Below are positions 16,657 through 24,747 of a stretch of 64,000 nucleotides of DNA, piece by piece. The first letter of the stretch is position 1. Each line of letters opens with the position of its first letter. The position numbers were made by a program, and so were the translations under genes. The stretch spans positions 1,472,001 through 1,536,000 of the forward strand of contig OZ241869.1 in assembly GCA_965202805.1 (NCBI GenBank). Direction: 5' to 3'. Source of the stretch: Longimicrobiales bacterium. Lineage in GTDB: Bacteria; Gemmatimonadota; Gemmatimonadetes; Longimicrobiales; Gaopeijiaceae. Below the pieces are notes generated by a model. The model was not told the origin of the DNA, did no database searches, and saw only the letters and a program-made list of their open reading frames with translations.

Positions 16657-19419
16657 CTACGATCGCTCCACGTTGACGTGGCCGCCCAAGCCCATCTCTT
16701 CGAGAATCTGCCGAAGCTCCGCTTCCATTTCGCGCGCGCGTTCCGAGTCGACGGTCACCGACAGCTCGATGCGCGCTCTGAGGTCGCTTCCAGACCTCAT
16801 CTTCGGCAACACCTTGATCCCGATCCGATTCCATGTCTCGGGCGGCACGGTTCCGACCAGCCGGAGTGTCGCCTCTCGCGCGGTCGGCTGCGTCTCCGTA
16901 GTCGGGTCAGTCTCCGACGTCAGAACGAGTGGCGGCCCAACAGGCGGCTCTGGCCGATCGGGCTCGGGGGCCGGGGACCGGAGCTCCTTGGCCTTGGCCC
17001 TGGTGAGCAGAAACATGCCGGCCTCGAAGACGACATCGTCCGGCGCAACCACCTCGTCGTGCCACACCCGATGGTACTCGCCACCGCTGCCGCTACCGGA
17101 GGCCAAGCCGAAGGTTCCATTCCCCACAAACTCCACGATCTTCCCGCGAAGCACGGCGTCTGGATCCACGAGGCGGGTAAGCGAGCCGTCGAGAAAGCTC
17201 TGGCGAAGCCCGGTCAGCGGCCAGGCGCCAGCTTCCTTCAGAGCAGGCGGCCAATGCCGCTCGATGTACCCGGCGCCCACGGACTCATTGAGGATGGCCT
17301 CCGACTTCAAAGCGCCAACGATCCGGCCACACAGGCTTTCGCTCGCACTGGCGTGACCGGCGCCAAGATCGATTACCCTCAGTCCCGTCCTGGACTTTGC
17401 ATCGCTGAATGCCACGAAGCGATAGCCTGCCCATACCTCGTCCCTCGCTTCTTCCTCGGCGCTCCTCACCTTCCTCCGGATATCGGCCCGTTCGGCGTGA
17501 TCGAACTCCGTTCCCAGAACCCCCTCTCTCACCTCGCGCTCGACCCGCTGCCAAGCGAGCCACAGTTCCACGCGTTCATGCAGTTCGCGGCCCGGTTTTT
17601 TCACGCACCATACCAGCGAACCCGGATACAACCGGGGAGACCTACCTCTTTCCTGTGTCCAGCCCGCGATATGCTCCGGTGCCTGACCATCGGCTCCCCA
17701 TTCCGTATCTGGATTCGCGATGACAAGCTTGAGGTGTGGCGAGTCCTGAATCTCCGTACTCTCCTCGGGGAACGAGACGACCCGCAGACTAGCACCCCGC
17801 GCGAACTCGTCTCGGACCAGCGTGCGGATGGCCGGATTGACCTCCTTCTCCCTGTCCAGTGACGCGCGGCGGTCGCTTACAACCTTCCTGAGCGTGGCCT
17901 GATGGTGGATCTTGAAACCGTCCGTCCCCACCTTGTGGATGAAGAAGCCCGATCCCTCTAGCGCCGCAGCGGCGTTGTCTATGGTCGTTGTCTCGACGTC
18001 CGGCTCGCCCAGCGCGAACCTCAACTCGGGCAAGTGAGCCACCTTGTCGACTTGTCCGCCGGACGATTCGAAGAGGATGGCTGCGCCAACACGGCGATGG
18101 ATGTCGCGGAGCGGACCCTTGGTATCCGCGTCCAATGCTCTGGCATGCGCCTCGCTTCCCGCGATATCCGCGATGATGGCAGCGTCGAGCCTCGATTCTC
18201 CCAACTGACCAAGGATGGTGCTTCGGAACCCTGAATCGTGGAGGGGCGCCGAACCCAGCGTGATCAACTGTTCCGTTCTCGCTTCCCTGAAGTGAGTTCG
18301 CGACGCCCAAGAAACCCATTGAGCCAGCATGGCCAAGGCTCCCCGGGTTTGCTGGAATTGCGGAAGCGCTCGCCATTTCCGCTGAAACACCGAAAGGGTT
18401 GCGGGATGGAACGGATAGCAGGCCTGGAACCGACTTCGGAGAGCATCCCTCGCTCTGGCCTCGGTTGTCGCCGTATCCACGGCCGTCCATTGGGGGGGAA
18501 GGCGGTTGCTCCTCTCGAAGCACCAGTCCGCATAGCTCCTGGCGATCCGGTTGCGGATTCTCGGGCTTCCCAGATCATCGAACAGCCTTCGGCGCACGAC
18601 CTCCCCGATCTCCGCCTCGTCATTGGCGATCAGATCACGCGCCACTCGACGCACAACCTTGGTGATGCGCTCCTGCCACTGCTGATCCCAGTCGGTCATT
18701 TCGACTTGGCTGCGGGGCAGACTGATGACCGCCGCCGCTTGCGTCCTACCCGTAACAGCAACGGTGAGGTTCTGGATGAAGGCGTGGAAGCCGTCTGCCA
18801 TGCCTCGGTGCCTGTTGACGAAGTTCAGGACTTCGTCGAACAACAACAGCACGGGCGCATCCGCGAGTGCGAATACCCTTCCGATGGCCTCCGTGCCCGG
18901 GGGAGTCGTGCTTGCGGCAGATCCGAGCGCCGCAACCCCCTGCTCTCCCGCCAGCTGACGGGCCATGTCGATCCACAAGGTCTCACGGCCTTCAGCCGGA
19001 TCCCATGCGTTGCCGACGAACACCGCAACCCGCGCTGCGGGAACTTGCCCGACACCCGTCTCGCGAAGGAGTGCCGGCACTCCTGGGAACCGCGCCGCGC
19101 CCAGTCCCGCGCTCGCCAGATGATACAACCCTGTCAGCGTATGGGTCTTGCCTCCCCCGAACTGGGTGATGAGGGTCAGCACCGGAGCGGTGTTCTCGCT
19201 CCGCCCCGAAAGGCGTCGTAGCACCATTCCGGAGTGCTCCTTCAACGCCCTCGTGAAGCAGGTTCGGGAGAAAAACTGACCGGGTTCCCGGTAGTCTTCC
19301 GGCGCGGTCCCGGCGACGACCTGCTCCAGCGCGATGGCGAACTCGTCGGGGCTGAAGGACCGCCCCTCGCGGACTTCCTTCCGGAGGGTGGCGACTTTGT
19401 ACCAGGGGTTACGGGTCAT
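16657..19419 (-). CDS. DUF499-family AAA+ ATPase
   Basis: PWYKVATLRKEV...EFAIAL, FFSRTCFT, TQFGGGKTH (Walker A), LLFDE (Walker B), YPFHP, FQQTRGAL. Confidence 0.88.
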   Translation of the reverse strand: MTRNPWYKVATLRKEVREGRSFSPDEFAIALEQVVAGTAPEDYREPGQFFSRTCFTRALKEHSGMVLRRLSGRSENTAPVLTLITQFGGGKTHTLTGLYHLASAGLGAARFPGVPALLRETGVGQVPAARVAVFVGNAWDPAEGRETLWIDMARQLAGEQGVAALGSAASTTPPGTEAIGRVFALADAPVLLLFDEVLNFVNRHRGMADGFHAFIQNLTVAVTGRTQAAAVISLPRSQVEMTDWDQQWQERITKVVRRVARDLIANDEAEIGEVVRRRLFDDLGSPRIRNRIARSYADWCFERSNRLPPQWTAVDTATTEARARDALRSRFQACYPFHPATLSVFQRKWRALPQFQQTRGALAMLAQWVSWASRTHFREARTEQLITLGSAPLHDSGFRSTILGQLGESRLDAAIIADIAGSEAHARALDADTKGPLRDIHRRVGAAILFESSGGQVDKVAHLPELRFALGEPDVETTTIDNAAAALEGSGFFIHKVGTDGFKIHHQATLRKVVSDRRASLDREKEVNPAIRTLVRDEFARGASLRVVSFPEESTEIQDSPHLKLVIANPDTEWGADGQAPEHIAGWTQERGRSPRLYPGSLVWCVKKPGRELHERVELWLAWQRVEREVREGVLGTEFDHAERADIRRKVRSAEEEARDEVWAGYRFVAFSDAKSRTGLRVIDLGAGHASASESLCGRIVGALKSEAILNESVGAGYIERHWPPALKEAGAWPLTGLRQSFLDGSLTRLVDPDAVLRGKIVEFVGNGTFGLASGSGSGGEYHRVWHDEVVAPDDVVFEAGMFLLTRAKAKELRSPAPEPDRPEPPVGPPLVLTSETDPTTETQPTAREATLRLVGTVPPETWNRIGIKVLPKMRSGSDLRARIELSVTVDSERAREMEAELRQILEEMGLGGHVNVERS

Positions 19420-19455
19420 GGCGAATTCCCATCCTCCCACGTTGACTCACATTGC

Positions 19456-20742
19456 TCATTCAAGTGTCAGCTTGTTGAAATAGTGATCCAGGTCATTCAG
19501 ATTGGCACACAGTTGGACATCGGACGTGAGCAAGAGCTTCAGCACGGTGTTTTTCGCAAGCATCCGAATCTCGTCTCGCTCTCCTTTCGTCACCTCGTAG
19601 TGTCCGTCATGGACGATCTTAGAACGAATACGGTACAACTCCTTCGTTCGCTTGGCTATCCTTGCACGTTCCTCAACATTCCTTCCGAGCACCCTTGCTA
19701 CCCGTTGCGACAAACGGAAACTAAGTTCCTGTTTTTGAATCGGTAGCAAGACACACTCCAGAGAGATGGCGAACTGCAGAAACGATTCTTCCAACGTGGC
19801 CGCCACGCTGGCTCGGCCTCCCCAGCGGACTGAGTTTAGTAATATCTTTTCTGTCTTGTTGGGGTGTTTCTGGCATAACATATTCTCCACATGTTCCACC
19901 GCCTTCGCGATGGGCTCCGCACCTTCTCGGAGTTTGGTTAGGGACACGTGACCGAGCGGCCTTACTCGCGGCGGATCGTCGCCTTGTATGGATCCATCGG
20001 GTGCCACGGCCAAACGTAGAACAGGATGGCTCGCGGCAGCGTCGGGTGGGGGAATGAACAGCCAAGCCAAACAATACGGGATAAGATCTGAAAAAAAGTT
20101 CACGCATTCTATCGCAGCCCTTACTTGTCGCTCTCCAAGTACGACGGCAGCCCTCCCGTCTCGGGCCTCCGCAGTAACGATTGCGATCGGACGATCTAGT
20201 AGCGACTCAGACACTATGTCTTCAAAGTATGCGATGCTGGCTGACTCATCGGTGCCAAGCTCAACGTTCCGATGAGAAGTCAGAGCCGAAATCCGCTCTT
20301 CGTCACACTTCAAAAAACGGACCGGTCCAAAACGCGCTGGCAGAGATTCCGCGTCGAGCCCCCCAACAGGCACCCAGCACTTGTACTCTTTGGGTGAACT
20401 CTTCAGAACAGTCCTAAGCGTTGTGAGCGCATTGTTGATCCGAACATTCGGATCGCGGCTCCGTTGTTTTGGTATATCGACGGATTCGAAGACGGCATCC
20501 CTCAGAGCTGAATCGACGGCATATTCGGACAGGTCTTCTTGGCGAGCGAATTTGGTCAGAATCTCTTGAACGACCCGTCGATACTCTCTACTCAATTCAG
20601 CATCCAAGAACAGCATTCCCTCGCCATCCTTGGACCAAAAGGCGCCGGTGGGTGGGGGAAGGGTTCCAGGAACGGACCGAGCTGCCACCCCGACCCGCTC
20701 AAGAAAACTGCGCACGAATCGGAGACCCTTGGAGTGGCTCAC
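19456..20742 (-). CDS. ApeA-like HEPN-domain protein (putative RNase effector)
   Basis: C-terminal FAISLECVL...ELSFRLSQRVA...LYRIRSKIVHDG (RxxxxH). GTG start overlaps the upstream stop. Confidence 0.8.
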   Translation of the reverse strand: MSHSKGLRFVRSFLERVGVAARSVPGTLPPPTGAFWSKDGEGMLFLDAELSREYRRVVQEILTKFARQEDLSEYAVDSALRDAVFESVDIPKQRSRDPNVRINNALTTLRTVLKSSPKEYKCWVPVGGLDAESLPARFGPVRFLKCDEERISALTSHRNVELGTDESASIAYFEDIVSESLLDRPIAIVTAEARDGRAAVVLGERQVRAAIECVNFFSDLIPYCLAWLFIPPPDAAASHPVLRLAVAPDGSIQGDDPPRVRPLGHVSLTKLREGAEPIAKAVEHVENMLCQKHPNKTEKILLNSVRWGGRASVAATLEESFLQFAISLECVLLPIQKQELSFRLSQRVARVLGRNVEERARIAKRTKELYRIRSKIVHDGHYEVTKGERDEIRMLAKNTVLKLLLTSDVQLCANLNDLDHYFNKLTLE

Positions 20743-22856
20743 GCTGCCCTCCCCCAACGCCGCTGGACGTACCTGACCGTATCCTTCACCGACAATGGCC
20801 GAGTCGCATTTCCGGTCCGAAGGTAGAATGTGGCGATGTTGCGCTCCTCCACGTAGACGGGTTCATCGCTGGACTCAACGGTAATCTGGCAGATGTCCGC
20901 CCCGTCGATCTCGTGGAATGTTATCGTCAGATAGGTCGACGATACGGGTCCTAGGTCGCGGGCGATGATCTGCTGCAGGTGGAGTTCGAAACCGTCCCTG
21001 TCGCTCTTCCTCAGGGTGGCGTAGTCGTCATCGATCCCGACCGCCGCACCCGAATCGTCTACACCGATGAGGAGCGTTCCGCCCCTGGCGTTCAGGAATC
21101 CGGCCAAGGTCTTGGCTACGACCTTTTCGAGGCCCTTGTTCACTCCCTCTAGCCGCCGGTCCCAGCGGAGACTCGACTTGAACTCAACGGCTTCGCTTTC
21201 TCCGGCAACCATCATCTGCCGAACGCTATGCTCATCGGTGCGTCCCTCTTCGCCTCTGGGGATCCAGCCAGCGATGAACTCGTTGATCGCACGGGCCAAC
21301 AGGGCACGGCGTGCGGCGAGAAAGTCGAGGTAGTTGTCGGGATCCCAGAGTTCGCGGTCCAGTGGGATGGACTGCGCCCGCAGGACACCGGGCTGGTTCT
21401 CGTTGACTTCGGGAAGGTACTCGGCGGGCGCCGAAGAACGGACCTCCCTCGGTGCCTTCTGCGTTAGGAACACCCGGTTGGCCAGCTCGTTGTTGGTCTT
21501 CCGGTCTCGATTGGAGTCGAAACCGGCCTTCTTTAGCACGGGAAGCGAGAAGACGTGGTGGCGGTCCAACACGTTGCTTCGCCCCATCGCTCTGTCGTAA
21601 ATGCGAATCCCCGTGAACCAATCTCGGGAACCTCTTGCCTGTGCCACAATCTGGGCCAGGGGTGCAGCAGTGGAACGCACGCCCGCTTCGACCAAGTCCG
21701 ACGTTTCAAGCGTCACTCGCCCGCGCTCGCGGAGAATCGCGGCCTCCAACTCCGGCGTGGGATCCGGGTCACTGCCCGTCACTAGGGCGACATCCTGTTG
21801 GAGCTTGGTCTCGGTGGCGCCGGAGTAGCGGGCCCACAGACCCGCCAGATAGATCCAGCGAATGAACCGCCGCTTGAGACTCTCGTTCGGAAAGCTCCCA
21901 CCCTGGCGCGCAAGAAAAATCGTGGCGGGCATGAGCATGTAGGTGGTGGGAAGGTCCTTGGCGTTGCCAACGAACGCTTCGTGTCGCAGCACGGCCACCA
22001 AGTGCTCGAACGCGGGCTGCATATCCCTCCATCCGGCTTGCAGCACCTCTGCGGGGGTCCGCAAGAAGGAACCCTCGAGCCGGATCGAGTCCGTCGCAAC
22101 ACCGGCCAGACACCTCAGGAAAAAAGCGAAGTCCATGGCAAAGCCCCGATCCGCCATCTTCGCCTGAAACTCCCGCATCTCCGCCCTGGCTTCCGGCCAG
22201 ATGCTGCAAACGTGCGCCAGCGCGAGGTCCGCAGCCTTCAGCGGCGTCCCCTTGCTGTTGATCCGATTAAAGATCTCGACGACTTCCGACACCCCGAACT
22301 CATCACCCGACACTTGGTCGATGGTGTATCGGTAGTCCCGGATCTGGTCGAGGCGACTGAGGTTGGCGAGATTCTGCTGAAACACGTCCCGCTCTTCCTC
22401 GTCGAGTTTCGGCATCCTCCTGAGCAGACCGTGCAGGGTCTCGCTCAGGAAATTGTGGACTCCGATCCATGCCGGGTTTTTCTGCATCCGGGTTTTCTGC
22501 CAGAAACGGAACTCCTCCGTTTGCACGTTGAAGTACAAGTCGAAGAACAGGCTCTCGCCTTCGTAGAACCGGGGAGGCCTTCCCCTGAACAACACGTAGA
22601 GCGTCGTCAAGCGCTGCTGTCCGTCCAGGAGGAGCAAGGACTTTCCGTCATCCGACGGGTCTGCGCCACGAACCACCGAAGGCTTGTAGGTGCTCCAGAT
22701 CAGCAGATGTCCCGTGGGATGTCCGCGGTAGAGAGACTGCATCAATCCCCGCACCTGTTTGCGGGTCCAGACGTATCCCCGCTGGAATTCGGGGAGCAGG
22801 ATTTCGTTCCGGCTGATCTGGTTCAGCAAGTACTCGATCGATCTCACCTCATGCAT
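20739..22856 (-). CDS. GmrSD-like (DUF262 + HNH-like) protein fused to a C-terminal Schlafen/AlbA_2 domain
   Basis: LPEFQRGYVW, LLDGQQRLTT, FNRINSKG (DUF262); HHVF...NELAN (His-Me finger-like); ESEAVEFKSS...AGFLNARGGTLLIGVDD (AlbA_2). Confidence 0.87.
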   Translation of the reverse strand: MHEVRSIEYLLNQISRNEILLPEFQRGYVWTRKQVRGLMQSLYRGHPTGHLLIWSTYKPSVVRGADPSDDGKSLLLLDGQQRLTTLYVLFRGRPPRFYEGESLFFDLYFNVQTEEFRFWQKTRMQKNPAWIGVHNFLSETLHGLLRRMPKLDEEERDVFQQNLANLSRLDQIRDYRYTIDQVSGDEFGVSEVVEIFNRINSKGTPLKAADLALAHVCSIWPEARAEMREFQAKMADRGFAMDFAFFLRCLAGVATDSIRLEGSFLRTPAEVLQAGWRDMQPAFEHLVAVLRHEAFVGNAKDLPTTYMLMPATIFLARQGGSFPNESLKRRFIRWIYLAGLWARYSGATETKLQQDVALVTGSDPDPTPELEAAILRERGRVTLETSDLVEAGVRSTAAPLAQIVAQARGSRDWFTGIRIYDRAMGRSNVLDRHHVFSLPVLKKAGFDSNRDRKTNNELANRVFLTQKAPREVRSSAPAEYLPEVNENQPGVLRAQSIPLDRELWDPDNYLDFLAARRALLARAINEFIAGWIPRGEEGRTDEHSVRQMMVAGESEAVEFKSSLRWDRRLEGVNKGLEKVVAKTLAGFLNARGGTLLIGVDDSGAAVGIDDDYATLRKSDRDGFELHLQQIIARDLGPVSSTYLTITFHEIDGADICQITVESSDEPVYVEERNIATFYLRTGNATRPLSVKDTVRYVQRRWGRAA

Positions 22857-22960
22857 ATGCCATCCTCGGTACTGCGGCGCTCGATGGGCTCAGTAGTCTC
22901 GACGGACGGTAACATATGTGCCGACGCAAGGCTCGCCCATGCCGCAGCATCGGACCAGCG

Positions 22961-23563
22961 CTACCCGGAAGACTCCACAAGCCGCTGGATGCACCGGATC
23001 GCCCGCTTCAGGCTGTCCGACCGCTCGGAAGCGATCGGCGGACGCCACTTGGTGCTGGCGAACTCGGCCAACCGGGACGTGTAGGCGGGTCCAACGGCTC
23101 GGCCGCTGCCGCTACGCGGCACCATATCTTCGCGGATGTCTCGGCGACGTGAGCGGCGTGCGAGGTTGGCGACGAATTCCTTTGGGTTGGTCACACTCTC
23201 GGGGTCTTGAGGGATCCGGCTTTTCGCCACACTCAGAAAGCGCGCTGCCGCCTCGCGATCCGCCAATAACCAGGTCTCCACTTCGCGCAGGGCGATGCGA
23301 AAGCAAAGATGCGGAGCAGGATTCGGCAGCCATTCCGCGCGGAGGACCGCCGCGCAATCGGCGTCGTTATCGAGGTCCACAAGGATAACCCAGGGCGCGT
23401 GGCGGGCGGCCTGATTGAACCCTCCGATTCTCTGCTTGAGATAGGGCTTTCCACGGCGTCCATAGACGGTGCCGGTATCGCCGCCGGCATGCCTGATCAG
23501 CCTGCGCACGACGGCTTCGTCCACGACTCCTTCGACTGCCGCACTGAAGACGGATAGGGGCAA
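22961..23563 (-). CDS. DUF4276-like/TOPRIM-like partner of the ABC ATPase
   Basis: VEGVVDE (TOPRIM Glu), LVDLD (DxD), REVETWLLAD, SDSLKR. TTG start 4 nt after the ATPase stop. Confidence 0.75.
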   Translation of the reverse strand: MPLSVFSAAVEGVVDEAVVRRLIRHAGGDTGTVYGRRGKPYLKQRIGGFNQAARHAPWVILVDLDNDADCAAVLRAEWLPNPAPHLCFRIALREVETWLLADREAAARFLSVAKSRIPQDPESVTNPKEFVANLARRSRRRDIREDMVPRSGSGRAVGPAYTSRLAEFASTKWRPPIASERSDSLKRAIRCIQRLVESSG

Positions 23564-23567
23564 TGGC

Positions 23568-24707
23568 CTACGCGTCCGCAAAAAGTGCGAGTTGGCCGGG
23601 ATTGGTCGGACGAGTCCTAGGGATGACCACGTCGGCCAGCGAAAGGCCAGCATCAAGGAGCTGCTTCACGTCCGAGAGCGAGGTCGTGGGGAAAACCTTG
23701 GCGCCTTCCTTCTGCGGCACGAACAACAGGGTCTCGTCAAGGCCGATCCCGCTGTCCGCCAGGAGATCCGGCGAATGGGTACTCAAGAAGACCTGCCTCC
23801 TGGTGTGTCGTTGCACCCGTGCCAGCATCTGAGGTAACACGCGCACGATCTCTGGATGCAGCGAGAGCTCCGGCTCTTCCAGCAGCAGCGGTCCCTTACC
23901 ATCCATCGTCGCCCACAACACTCCCATCAGGCGAAGGGTGCCGTCCGACAGCTGCCCTTCGCTTTGCCAGGCACCGTGCGGTCGCCAGTGCTGGTATCTG
24001 GCGCGCAGGTGAGGAACACCCCGGACATCCCGCGTCAACTCGATCTCCTCCAGTTGAGGGACGGCGACACGGAGAGCCGTCTGGATCTTGCGCATGCGCG
24101 CGTTCCGCGTTCGCTCGTTCGTTCGGGCGACCTGTTCCAGGAAGTCTCCGCCGTAGGGGTCGTTGGATCTTCCTACCGAGCGATCCGGCTCGCGGACGAG
24201 CTGAGGCACGATGTGGAGGTAGCGGATGGAAGCGAAGAACGTGGACAGGGCGCGGAATTCCAGGTTCACGTTCACCTGTTCAAGATGGGTCTGCGTCAGG
24301 CGAGCTGCGTCGTCACGGTCATCCTGGTCGGGGCGTTCAAGAATCGTCTGGCCATCTCGAATGACTCGCTCGCTCCGCACCAACGGCCTGCGCTGATTGT
24401 CCTGGTTGAAGGCCAGTTGGTAGTCCCAGGAGTGGCCTTCGCCGTTCTCGAGTTCCACATCGATCTCGATGTCGGAGTATCGGCGGGCCGCGAGACAGCG
24501 AATCGTGCTCACGCCGTCCCGCCGACGGACGGCTTCGCCGAAGCCGCCCCCCACCGAAGCAAGATCCCGAAGGAAGCGAAGCGCATCCAGAAGATTGGAC
24601 TTCCCGGAGGCGTTGGGACCCACCAGAAACATCCGATCCTGGAGGTCGACCTCAACGCTCTCGAAGTTCTTCCAGTTCTTCAGGCGGAGCTTGCGGAATC
24701 GAAGCAT
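23568..24707 (-). CDS. ABC-type (AAA_21/OLD-like) ATPase
   Basis: LRLKNWKNF, GPNASGKS (Walker A), LSDGT (signature), LLLEEPE (Walker B), STHS (H-loop). Confidence 0.9.
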   Translation of the reverse strand: MLRFRKLRLKNWKNFESVEVDLQDRMFLVGPNASGKSNLLDALRFLRDLASVGGGFGEAVRRRDGVSTIRCLAARRYSDIEIDVELENGEGHSWDYQLAFNQDNQRRPLVRSERVIRDGQTILERPDQDDRDDAARLTQTHLEQVNVNLEFRALSTFFASIRYLHIVPQLVREPDRSVGRSNDPYGGDFLEQVARTNERTRNARMRKIQTALRVAVPQLEEIELTRDVRGVPHLRARYQHWRPHGAWQSEGQLSDGTLRLMGVLWATMDGKGPLLLEEPELSLHPEIVRVLPQMLARVQRHTRRQVFLSTHSPDLLADSGIGLDETLLFVPQKEGAKVFPTTSLSDVKQLLDAGLSLADVVIPRTRPTNPGQLALFADA

Positions 24708-24747
24708 GGCAGTGGGTTCGCGAGTTGTCAGCCCTACACGTCGCAGG

